DNA of 64,000 bases from a virus. The stretch is from the IMG/VR virus record IMGVR_UViG_3300043539_000496, positions 3,601-67,600 of that record. One strand, written 5' to 3'. Shown here piece after piece: positions 1 through 9,584 of the stretch. The position numbers and the translations under genes are program-made. Each line of letters starts with the position of its first letter. Position 1 is the first letter of the stretch. The notes beneath the pieces are model-generated. The model did not search any database, was not told the origin of the DNA, and saw only the letters and a list, made by a program, of their open reading frames with translations.

Positions 1-2172
1 AAATTTCTTTCCTGTTAACCAATCTTCATAATTTTTTACAGCAGTCTCTACACTATTAACAATTTGTACATTTTTATTCAATGCATCTTTTTGTGTTGAC
101 CAAGGATTTCCTACATGTTCAGTAAATTTTACCATAGGTTCTAAACCTTTTGCAGGTCTCATTCCCCATACTGCTTTTCTTTGGTTATGTAATTCTTTAG
201 CCTTATCATACTTAGTAACATTAATTACTTTAGCAGATGGTTCAGTTTTAGTGCTTTTTTTAACAGTCTGTTTATCTTCTTTGGGTGCCGGTGTACCTAA
301 TTCAAAAACTTCTTTATTTATAGGAATTATATTCTGAGGTATCTCAAATCTTAAATAAGCATTCATACCTGAGAAATATGCAGCAGTTTCATCAGGATAT
401 TGTATGAGCATTTTATCTTTTATAAAATCAAAATAATTATCTGTTATTACTCCTATCTTACCATCTTTAACAAAATAATCAACATAGTCTTTGCCCATTA
501 AGTCGTCATTAAAATTTAAAGCTGCACTATATGTTTTTTTCTCAGTTCCTTTTTGTTTATTATATAAATCCCAATCTGTTTTTGCTACAAGTAAATGATC
601 GTAAATAAGTTTTTTACCTTCAGCAGTATACAAAATATCTTGAGATATGGGTTCTGCACCATCTATACTAACATTTAAAATAGCTTGACCTTCTTCATCA
701 ACACCTTCTTTTACAAGAATTTTATCAGGATTTGTATTAAAACCTTTTTCTGGTTTATTATTAATAAAGTTTTCAAAGAATACTCTTCTTTGTTTAGGAG
801 TTAGTTCTTTACCTAATAGTTTTGCTTTAGTAGTTAGTATGTCAGCAATATGTTCTGCTAATTCATTTGAAATGTTTGGTCTCTGTAATAGAAGTAATTG
901 TTCTACTGTTACACCTGGTTTTGTTCTTCTTATTGTTGCACCAAATCTTCCAGAAAAAGGATCTGTTGTAATTTTTTGAAACTTTAAATCTTCTATCTTT
1001 AATCCTGTTTGTGAGATAGGTATAAAGTTCATTGTTTCATTAACCATTCCAAAACTACCAGCTGTAATCTTTAATGTAACAGGTTGATTAGTTGCATTTA
1101 TTACTTCAGTAAGTCTAAGTAAATCATTAAAGAGTTTTGTCTGTTCATTTCTTACAGCTATTACTTTTTTAGAAATTTCTTCGTCACTAGGGTAGATTTT
1201 TTGTCTTCTTTTTTGTTTGACCCAAGTATCTACATAATCTTCTGCAGAAACTAAAGATGTTTTTTTACCATAGGCACCTGAGAAAAATAACTTACCATTT
1301 TCAACTAAGGGTGTTCTTGCCCATTGATAAACTCTACGTCCTCCACCTTCAAAATTAATACTACCATCTTCATTAAAGTATACAGGATTCCCATTAGTAT
1401 CTGTTACAACAGCAACAACAGTTGTTACATCAGGATTATCTTTTTGAAATTTCAGATCTGCTTCAGTAAACATAGATTTGTCAGCAGCTTTACGAGATAC
1501 TAATGTAAGTGCTAATGATACAGGATTTTCTTCTCCATATAATATTTCATCTGTATCATTTTTTCTTTGTCTTGCTATGTATACTATGTCTTTAATAACA
1601 TTATAAAACATTTCTTTCTCCGGATCTTTTTTATTTTTATCTTTATTAGATCCTGGATCTATTCTAAATGCAGCTTGCCCTGTAGTACCATTTGGAAAAA
1701 CTACTTTTGCTGAATATTCTGCATATGAATACTTCTTAGTTTCATCAGGATTTTCAGTTGTCTGTTCATCTAAGTTTTGTTCTATCTCTTTTTTAACAGT
1801 CTTTCTTGTCCTAATTTTAGGCTTAACCAATATCTCAATTTTACTTATATCAGAATATTCACTTGCAAGTGTTGGTATGTCTATGAAAAGTTGTGTATTT
1901 GTTTTAAGAATGTAATCTCTTGCTTTTGGTCTTGCCACTACCAGTCCCAGAATTTGTGGTATTGATTGAGCAAAATATAATGCTTTTTCTTTTTTATCCT
2001 CTTCTGACTCAAATCCATCATTAGGTAAACTATTAAGGTAATTATAAAAGTCTTTCATCATGACTTTTATGTCAAGAGGATTTTTATTTTTACCAGCTAT
2101 TCTATCTGATATTTCTCCATATACATAGCCGTATACAAACTCTACTGCTTTATTATTTAATTCACAAGCCAT
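1..2172 (-). CDS. Large putative virion cargo protein, N-terminal part (runs off the left edge; absent from the ORF track)
   Basis: ATG at 2172 lies 1 nt after the TAA of 2174..9577 and reads MACELNNKAVEFVYGYVYGEISDRIAG... I translated only the start by hand; continuation to the edge is assumed because the track lists no complete ORF here. The position fits the giant cargo/virion RNA polymerase genes of crAss-like phages, but I saw no catalytic motif. Confidence 0.75.
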   Translation of the reverse strand, partial: MACELNNKAVEFVYGYVYGEISDRIAGKNKNPLDIKVMMKDFYNYLNSLPNDGFESEEDKKEKALYFAQSIPQILGLVVARPKARDYILKTNTQLFIDIPTLASEYSDISKIEILVKPKIRTRKTVKKEIEQNLDEQTTENPDETKKYSYAEYSAKVVFPNGTTGQAAFRIDPGSNKDKNKKDPEKEMFYNVIKDIVYIARQRKNDTDEILYGEENPVSLALTLVSRKAADKSMFTEADLKFQKDNPDVTTVVAVVTDTNGNPVYFNEDGSINFEGGGRRVYQWARTPLVENGKLFFSGAYGKKTSLVSAEDYVDTWVKQKRRQKIYPSDEEISKKVIAVRNEQTKLFNDLLRLTEVINATNQPVTLKITAGSFGMVNETMNFIPISQTGLKIEDLKFQKITTDPFSGRFGATIRRTKPGVTVEQLLLLQRPNISNELAEHIADILTTKAKLLGKELTPKQRRVFFENFINNKPEKGFNTNPDKILVKEGVDEEGQAILNVSIDGAEPISQDILYTAEGKKLIYDHLLVAKTDWDLYNKQKGTEKKTYSAALNFNDDLMGKDYVDYFVKDGKIGVITDNYFDFIKDKMLIQYPDETAAYFSGMNAYLRFEIPQNIIPINKEVFELGTPAPKEDKQTVKKSTKTEPSAKVINVTKYDKAKELHNQRKAVWGMRPAKGLEPMVKFTEHVGNPWSTQKDALNKNVQIVNSVETAVKNYEDWLTGKKF

Positions 2173-2173
2173 T

Positions 2174-5100
2174 TTAACACTGATTAAAAATATTTTTTAT
2201 TTTATCCAATCTTTCTTCAGGAGAAAGATTTTCACTTTCTTCTTCAATTTGATCTAATACATCAGGATTTTTAGCTAAATCTGTTATATTAGATTCAGTA
2301 GATTTTATATTTTCTTTTATCTGAGGAGTTATAACTATTTCTTCAACAGCCTTTGGTTTATCTGAAGGTTTCATAAAATTAGTTTTGATTTCTTGTTCAG
2401 TAAAGGTATAACTTTTCTTTCTTATTGGACTGAATATTTCTACAGTTTGAGCTTGTTTATTTATACTTTTAACAACAAATGCTTCATTGATTTTTTTGAA
2501 TGTTTTAAAAGGTTCTATGTTAACTAATTCAGTACCTTCAGTAAGATTATCTAATGACATATCTTCTTCTAAGGAATCTAATTTATTTTTAAAAATTTCG
2601 TCTAACATATTTGTTAAAGGATAATTTAAACTATCCTCATTATAAATAAATTTAACTACAGCATCAAAATATATTTGTTTAATATTTTCTAATGTTGCAT
2701 TATCAAACATAGCATCCATTTGAGATTTTACAATCCATAATTCTTCTACATTAGGGGCCATTGGAGATTCCAGTACAGTAATAAAAGATGGACCAAATTG
2801 ATTTAATGCTTCTTCTTTAGTAAAAATACCAGCATTAATATTGTTGTCAAAGTCTGAATAATAATTAAGAATAACTTCATATCTACCATCAGGTAGTAGT
2901 ATTGCTAAATCTTTTTCAAACTCATTTAGTTTTATCCCTTGGATTTTCTTTCTAGACTCTTGGATAAGGTTCGTGAGTTCTTCTCCTGATACTGCTTGTC
3001 CAGGAACTCCTTCTGTTGCTGCTCTGGTAGACTTCTGAACAGGAGATACATTTGTCCTCTGCTGTACTTTTGTTCTTCTTTCAAATTCTTTCCTTGAGGC
3101 TTTTGTGATTTTTCCATTTTTGAAAAATTTAATTGATACTAAATTATTAAGTGTTTCATTAACTGCTTCTATAACATTATCTACAGGAACAGTAGATCTT
3201 CCTTCATTTGCAAGTCTACTTTGATATTCTTCAAGTTTTATAATTAACTCTACACCCCACTCTTCTATTTCTCTTTGTTTAGATGAGTTGAGATCATCAA
3301 TTTTTCCTGCCATAAAATTTTCAACATCTCTCGGCATTCCATGTGAATATAGAATAAAATCAATCTCTCTTGTAACAGACTCTGATTCAGATAGTTGTGC
3401 AATCATTTTAACTTGATCTTCTCTATCTGTAGGCTCACCTGAAGGAACTTGTTTTTGAAATCTATTAGGTAGTCTGTTTAATGCAAAGATTAAATCATCT
3501 GTGTTACCACCTCTACGTGTACGTTTCTTATTTTTATTTATAAGATCTGTCTTCTTACTAGTTAATCTATTTACTTCAAATATTTTAGCAGTAATATCAC
3601 GTTGTATATTTTTATTTCTAGTTTCTCTTTGTTCTTTCTGAAGTGAGTCTATTTCTCTACTTAAGGTATCTATTTCTTTCTGGGTCTCAGCTATTTCTTT
3701 ATCATTAGTATTATAACTTAATGAAACTATAGCACCTGTAGTATCTCTATTGATAGTATATGTAACACCATTTATTTCTGCAGTTTTTTCACTCTTGTCT
3801 AAGAATCTAGCATTGATAGTTTGTCCTGCTATTTGTGTTACTTGTCCTACAGATTCTGTTGCTGTAATAGGAGAAAGTCCGGCTTTAACTATATTTATAC
3901 CACCATCTTTAACATTAGTTCCAGAAACATTTACATCATATTGTACAATCTTATTACCATCAACAACTTCAACTGAAAAACCTCCCTCACTATTAGTTAC
4001 TAATTTTCCTAGTTTGCCTTGATAGATAACATCTTGATTAAGAAAATCATTTAATGTAGTTTTTTCTGGGTCACTTATTGGAATAGCTCCTGGTCTAATA
4101 GGAACTTCTTGTTCTCCCATTTGAGGTAATTCAACAGTGTCACTAGGTGGGGTTCTTTCAAATCCAAACCTTTGCATTGTTTCCTGATCAATTGGTTCTA
4201 GAATAATAAACATACCATTTTCACTAAGTTGGTTATTCTTAGTTAAATCGGCTGTTGGTTTACTTAATTTTTTAATATAACCATCCATTGTTACATCCAT
4301 CTCAATTGGATATAACAAAAGAGTAGCATCCAAACCACTCATAGTATATATACTATTTCCATATATACTTTGTTGTGCTCTAAAGTATGTTTTCTTATTT
4401 GAATTATTTTTTATAGGTTGTCCTTGATCATCTGTAAGTTGTTTACCAGTTTTTTTATCAAACCTAAATGGTATACCTAAATTATCCCAAGTATTTTTTT
4501 GAGCAGCTTTTATATCTACTACAGCTAGATTACCTTCAGTATCAATTAATAGTAAGTCTAATTCACCAGTTACCCCTCTACCACCTCTAGCATTTCTATC
4601 AAATACTTTTACATCATTTGTAAATAACTGATAACCACCATCAATCATGTTTCTTCTAAATCTTGTTGCACTACCTGTAACAGGATGAAACATAAAGTCA
4701 TATGCTTCTTTTGACATCATATCAGAAACTTTTTTCTGTGTTCCTCTGACATCAATAATAGAATCATAGTTTACTTTTACAAATCCTCCTCTAGGATCCA
4801 AAGTCAAAAACTGTCTGATTAAAGCATCCAGATTAATTCCTGAATCACTTGCTTCTTTAAATGAATATTTTTTAACGGTATTCTCTAAGTTTTCTATACT
4901 TTGATCAGCCATTAAACTTTCTTTGATACCAGCAATTTTTAAATCAGATTTAAATTGATCATAGTTTCTAAGACTTGCTAGAAATGCATCTACTCTTTCT
5001 TCTAAAGTTCCAATAGGATTATCAAGTACTACTTCTTTAAATAAGTTTTGAATACTATTATCCTTAAGTCTATTAAATAAAAAAGGTTCTTTTTCTTCAA

Positions 5101-8100
5101 TATCTTGCTCCATCAATGCTGCTACTTCAGTAGCTCTTTCAGGTCTAGGATCTTCAGGTTTAGAATCTCTAAATCTTCTACTTTCAAACCCTTCTTCATC
5201 AACAGATAGAACTAGTTCATTTTGTCTATTGAAAATAGTAGTTTCAAGTTTTTCAATTATTTCTTGTGCAATAGGTTTTAACTTAAATGCTTTTTCTTTA
5301 CTATCAATATATGCAGCAATTGCTTTCATATCTTCTTTGATAGCTTTGATATCATCAACTGTTAGTTTCTTAACAGACTTTCCATCCTCACTTTTTAATT
5401 CTTTTGTTCTAACAGCTTCTTCATATGTCATATAAAGATCTGTTATATTAGACAATGGAGTACCTGGTTCAATTACAGCATTACCAAATAATAATTTAGG
5501 GGGAGTTAATCCTATTCTAGCATTTTTAATTGCTTCTTGTTTGGTCTTATCATTAAATTTATTAAGAATATCTTGAGCAACAGGATCATTTTCCATCCAT
5601 CTTTCTCTCAAAGTATTGTATCTTGTAGGATCATCTTGTTTAAGAGTAGCAGGTTCATTTGTTTTTGTAACTAAAAAGTCATCAAATACACCATTAAGTT
5701 CTTCCTGTAGATCTTCAGGATAGTCTTCAAATTGATCTTCTATTGAATACTCTCTAACATCAGTAGGATTACCACCAGCTTCTACAAATTCTAACTTAGC
5801 TTCTTTTATTAACTCTTCATACTCAGTATTAATATCAGATAATTCTTTTTGATACTGAGCCCATTCAGGAGTTTGTTCAACATCAATAACATCAGCAACA
5901 ACAAAATTATCCACAACTGATTGTTGTTCTTTAATTAAATCATCAATTAATGGTTTAGTAGATAAATAAAAACCTGCATTTCTAATAGCATTATCAGCAT
6001 CCATTTCTGGATTTGCTTCCATAATTTTATTACGTAACTCAATAATTGTATCTGTTAAATCTGGATTATCAAATAGAGCATCTGTTGCATCAAGTAATTG
6101 TTGATTATCTATAAGATTAGCATTTACTAATCCTGCAGCAGCTTTTTCAATACCAGTTAATGATTCTAGATCTTTTAACCATTCATTGTATATACCAAGT
6201 TTATCTTCTTCAGCTGATAATTCTAATCTACCATTATCATCTGCATCAGCTGCTTGTTTTCTTAATTCTGCTTCTGTTGAATCATAATTATCTTTCAGAG
6301 CTTTATTAAATTTTTCTCTGGCAATGTCTATCTTTTTATCTCTGTCTTTAGTTATTTCATTAACTATCTCTTCTAACTTTTCAGAATCAGGTTGTGGTTC
6401 TCCTGCTGGTTTTACAGCACTTAGTTCAGATGCTTTCTCAAATAACTTATAGTAGTCATTATAAAGAAGACTGTTTCTAGTTATGTATGAGTTATTTTTT
6501 ACATCAATAAAATACTCAGGTTCATATGTAGGATTTTCAACCCACTTAGCAAATTCTTCTAAGTCAACAAAAATACCTTGATCTGCTAATGCATTTAGTA
6601 ATGCATTCCTTTCTATATTAGAAATCTCAGCATTTACTATGTCTTTAATAATGTCTTTTTTATTATGATACATATTTCTCATCCACTGAAAGTTTCTCAG
6701 TAAATGATCATAAAAATCATTTGGATTAGCAAGAAGATTAATTACAGGAGCAAGTCTATTTTTTTCATTTCTTAAAATATGAGTATCAAGTAATGAATCA
6801 AATAACCCATCAAATCCTTTTTCCATTCCTTCTATTTCTTGTTGAAGTTTTAATTTTTCTTCATCAGTTTTAGCTAAACCAAATAGTAAGTTTTTAAATG
6901 CATCTTTATATTCTGTAAACTCATTAGACTTACCTTCATCAAACTGTTGTATTAGTTTCTCAATTGAATTTAAGTTTAATTGTTCTTTTGTTAACTCTGG
7001 ATTTTCTTTTAAAATACGTTCACTAAGAGCTGAAAATTTTTCTTTAGTAATATAACTTGATACTAATGCATCTTGTTTCTCTTTAAACTTAGAATAAATT
7101 TCCAATAGGTTTCTTTTTCTTTCAAGATCTTCTGCTACTATAGGAACACCTGATTTCTCTAATGTTTCTATATCAGTTTTCATCATCTCAATTTCCCGTT
7201 GTAATCTTCCACTATCTGCAAAACCTGCAAAGTCTGCAAAGTTTGAATTTTTTATAGTAGACAAACTAGACAACTTACTATAGAGTGATTCAAGTCTTTT
7301 TGCACTATCATCAAATGCACCTTGTAAAAAGACATAGTTAAATATAGATTGAGAAACAGCACTGTTATAAATTTTTGCCATCTTGTATTTATAACTATCT
7401 TTTTCATAGTCATTAAGATCAAGCATGTATGAACCATAGTTTTGTTTTGCTTGATTCCATCTATATGAAATCTTCTTTGCATTCTCTATAGATTCATTAA
7501 AATTATCTAGTGCTTTTGCTCCTTGACCTGGTTTCAAATTCCAAGCTTGTTCTATATCTTCTGGAGTAGCTTGTTTATATTTTTCATAATGATTTAAGAA
7601 CATATCATAAGTACCTCGTTGTAATGAACTTAGTACTGCACTTTGAAATGCTGCAAATCTATCATCTTGTATTTCTTTAGTAGTTTTTTCTTCAGGATTA
7701 GCTACTGTATTATATAATAAAGATTGTGTTGCATAGTTATTTATTCTAGGATCAAATAGTAAATCACTATTATCCCACATAGTATTCATATGTTCTACAA
7801 CTTCATTAGCTGTAGCTTCTCTTTCCTCTATATACTCTCTATACTTTTCATTTTTATTAAAGTAATCATTATAGCCCATAGTCATGAAACTCTTCATTTT
7901 ACTAGGAGCTTGAAGAATACTACCCATTAAGAAACCAGACATAAATGTTTCAGCACCTTGAGCAGAAAATTGTTTCTTGATTGCATCACCCACTACACCA
8001 GTAGCATACATGAAGTTTCTTGATGACTGATTCTTATAAGTATCCGTATAATAGTTTTGAGTTGCATCCTGAAGAACATCTTGTAATGACTCTTGTAAAC

Positions 8101-9577
8101 CTTCAACTACATTAGCTTTAAAGTAATTTAATCCTACTTTACCATATGTAGCCGGTCTACCCAAAGACTTAATTGCATTTACTAAATTTATTTTTTCTTT
8201 AGAGAATGGTGACTTTAATACATTCTTTGCAGGGTTGAATACAAGTTGATATTCTTTATTAATATCACCTATCACTGTTCCAAATCCAAATTTAGGAGCA
8301 CCCTTTAAAAAACTTGCATTACTTAATGAAGGGAATACAAGTTTATTAGAGTAAAATATTAGTGCTGTATTGTTAAGAGTATTCCAGAAAGATGCTTTGG
8401 ATGCTTCTTTCATCATGTTTTCTTGCTCATCTAATGAAGGAGCCATACCTTCATGATCTTCTACATATTTGTTATATAGTTTATCATAAGTCTGATACTT
8501 TGTAAAACCTCCTTCAAGTTTACCTTCTGATAATGCTAAGTTCATTACCATCATATCATGCCACAATGCACCTGCTGTTTTAGATGCTCTTGCAAGATCT
8601 GCAATGTTATTAAGATTATGATCAAATAAAGCAGTTTTTGTATTTGCTAAGGGGTTTGCAAAGTTTCCAAAGTTTTTACCGGCAGATGCAAAAAGTTCTT
8701 TTGCTTTATAGATTTTAGTATAATCATTCATAGTCTCAGCAAGTTTCTTAACACCTTGACCTGTTTGATATATTGACTTAGGTAAAGAAGCCATTCTATT
8801 TACAAACTTACCTAGTCCAAATCCTGCAGCACCAGCAACTCCTCCACGTGCACCTGCTCCTACAACACCTTCAATAAGTACAGATTCTACAACACCTTCC
8901 ATTAATATACCCATGGAATAAGAGGCTGAGTTAAATAAGTTTACAGTAAATCCTCCAAGACCACCTTTACTTGACTGACCTATTGCATTATAGTATTCAT
9001 AGTCTCTTGCACTTTGTTCATCTGCATCAAAAAGACCATCTCCATTTATTATACTTTGATAAGACTTAATAGGATCCATAAATCCTTTTGTCAACATAGG
9101 CCATGCAGCATGATTCCAGAATCTTGATAAGTCATCTCCAAATGTTGTATTTTTATTATAGATTGCCTCATTATCTATTAGAGGATCAAAACCTATTTTA
9201 TTAAAGGTCTCTTGACCATAAGCTTTGTATCTATCTCTAAATGTTCCTTTAGGACTACTATCATAACCAAATGCATATCCATATCTGTTTCTATCCTGAA
9301 CACCATCTATTTTAGCAATTGATTGATCAAACAGTGCTCTACCTGCAGCAACAGGATTACTAATTACATTTGATCTAACTTGTGATGGATAATAGTTAGG
9401 TGAAACACCTGTTGAGTTATCTTTAATAGGATAGATAGGATTAACTACTGCACGTGGTTCATTAAAATTAAATACAGTAGGTGCACCTTGTTCAATCCTA
9501 GCAGGATTAAGATAATCACTTTTACTTAAAAAATCATTAAGTTCTTCAGGACTATTGTTTTGTGGAGTATCTGCCAT
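2174..9577 (-). CDS. Giant putative cargo/ejection protein (2467 aa) with an embedded RecB-like PD-(D/E)xK nuclease domain
   Basis: Motif GVTGELDLLLID...VVDIK...YFRAQQSIY; Gly/Ala-rich hydrophobic N-terminal segment; coiled-coil-like acidic regions; downstream of tail genes. Confidence 0.65.
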   Translation of the reverse strand: MADTPQNNSPEELNDFLSKSDYLNPARIEQGAPTVFNFNEPRAVVNPIYPIKDNSTGVSPNYYPSQVRSNVISNPVAAGRALFDQSIAKIDGVQDRNRYGYAFGYDSSPKGTFRDRYKAYGQETFNKIGFDPLIDNEAIYNKNTTFGDDLSRFWNHAAWPMLTKGFMDPIKSYQSIINGDGLFDADEQSARDYEYYNAIGQSSKGGLGGFTVNLFNSASYSMGILMEGVVESVLIEGVVGAGARGGVAGAAGFGLGKFVNRMASLPKSIYQTGQGVKKLAETMNDYTKIYKAKELFASAGKNFGNFANPLANTKTALFDHNLNNIADLARASKTAGALWHDMMVMNLALSEGKLEGGFTKYQTYDKLYNKYVEDHEGMAPSLDEQENMMKEASKASFWNTLNNTALIFYSNKLVFPSLSNASFLKGAPKFGFGTVIGDINKEYQLVFNPAKNVLKSPFSKEKINLVNAIKSLGRPATYGKVGLNYFKANVVEGLQESLQDVLQDATQNYYTDTYKNQSSRNFMYATGVVGDAIKKQFSAQGAETFMSGFLMGSILQAPSKMKSFMTMGYNDYFNKNEKYREYIEEREATANEVVEHMNTMWDNSDLLFDPRINNYATQSLLYNTVANPEEKTTKEIQDDRFAAFQSAVLSSLQRGTYDMFLNHYEKYKQATPEDIEQAWNLKPGQGAKALDNFNESIENAKKISYRWNQAKQNYGSYMLDLNDYEKDSYKYKMAKIYNSAVSQSIFNYVFLQGAFDDSAKRLESLYSKLSSLSTIKNSNFADFAGFADSGRLQREIEMMKTDIETLEKSGVPIVAEDLERKRNLLEIYSKFKEKQDALVSSYITKEKFSALSERILKENPELTKEQLNLNSIEKLIQQFDEGKSNEFTEYKDAFKNLLFGLAKTDEEKLKLQQEIEGMEKGFDGLFDSLLDTHILRNEKNRLAPVINLLANPNDFYDHLLRNFQWMRNMYHNKKDIIKDIVNAEISNIERNALLNALADQGIFVDLEEFAKWVENPTYEPEYFIDVKNNSYITRNSLLYNDYYKLFEKASELSAVKPAGEPQPDSEKLEEIVNEITKDRDKKIDIAREKFNKALKDNYDSTEAELRKQAADADDNGRLELSAEEDKLGIYNEWLKDLESLTGIEKAAAGLVNANLIDNQQLLDATDALFDNPDLTDTIIELRNKIMEANPEMDADNAIRNAGFYLSTKPLIDDLIKEQQSVVDNFVVADVIDVEQTPEWAQYQKELSDINTEYEELIKEAKLEFVEAGGNPTDVREYSIEDQFEDYPEDLQEELNGVFDDFLVTKTNEPATLKQDDPTRYNTLRERWMENDPVAQDILNKFNDKTKQEAIKNARIGLTPPKLLFGNAVIEPGTPLSNITDLYMTYEEAVRTKELKSEDGKSVKKLTVDDIKAIKEDMKAIAAYIDSKEKAFKLKPIAQEIIEKLETTIFNRQNELVLSVDEEGFESRRFRDSKPEDPRPERATEVAALMEQDIEEKEPFLFNRLKDNSIQNLFKEVVLDNPIGTLEERVDAFLASLRNYDQFKSDLKIAGIKESLMADQSIENLENTVKKYSFKEASDSGINLDALIRQFLTLDPRGGFVKVNYDSIIDVRGTQKKVSDMMSKEAYDFMFHPVTGSATRFRRNMIDGGYQLFTNDVKVFDRNARGGRGVTGELDLLLIDTEGNLAVVDIKAAQKNTWDNLGIPFRFDKKTGKQLTDDQGQPIKNNSNKKTYFRAQQSIYGNSIYTMSGLDATLLLYPIEMDVTMDGYIKKLSKPTADLTKNNQLSENGMFIILEPIDQETMQRFGFERTPPSDTVELPQMGEQEVPIRPGAIPISDPEKTTLNDFLNQDVIYQGKLGKLVTNSEGGFSVEVVDGNKIVQYDVNVSGTNVKDGGINIVKAGLSPITATESVGQVTQIAGQTINARFLDKSEKTAEINGVTYTINRDTTGAIVSLSYNTNDKEIAETQKEIDTLSREIDSLQKEQRETRNKNIQRDITAKIFEVNRLTSKKTDLINKNKKRTRRGGNTDDLIFALNRLPNRFQKQVPSGEPTDREDQVKMIAQLSESESVTREIDFILYSHGMPRDVENFMAGKIDDLNSSKQREIEEWGVELIIKLEEYQSRLANEGRSTVPVDNVIEAVNETLNNLVSIKFFKNGKITKASRKEFERRTKVQQRTNVSPVQKSTRAATEGVPGQAVSGEELTNLIQESRKKIQGIKLNEFEKDLAILLPDGRYEVILNYYSDFDNNINAGIFTKEEALNQFGPSFITVLESPMAPNVEELWIVKSQMDAMFDNATLENIKQIYFDAVVKFIYNEDSLNYPLTNMLDEIFKNKLDSLEEDMSLDNLTEGTELVNIEPFKTFKKINEAFVVKSINKQAQTVEIFSPIRKKSYTFTEQEIKTNFMKPSDKPKAVEEIVITPQIKENIKSTESNITDLAKNPDVLDQIEEESENLSPEERLDKIKNIFNQC

Positions 9578-9584
9578 AGTAATG

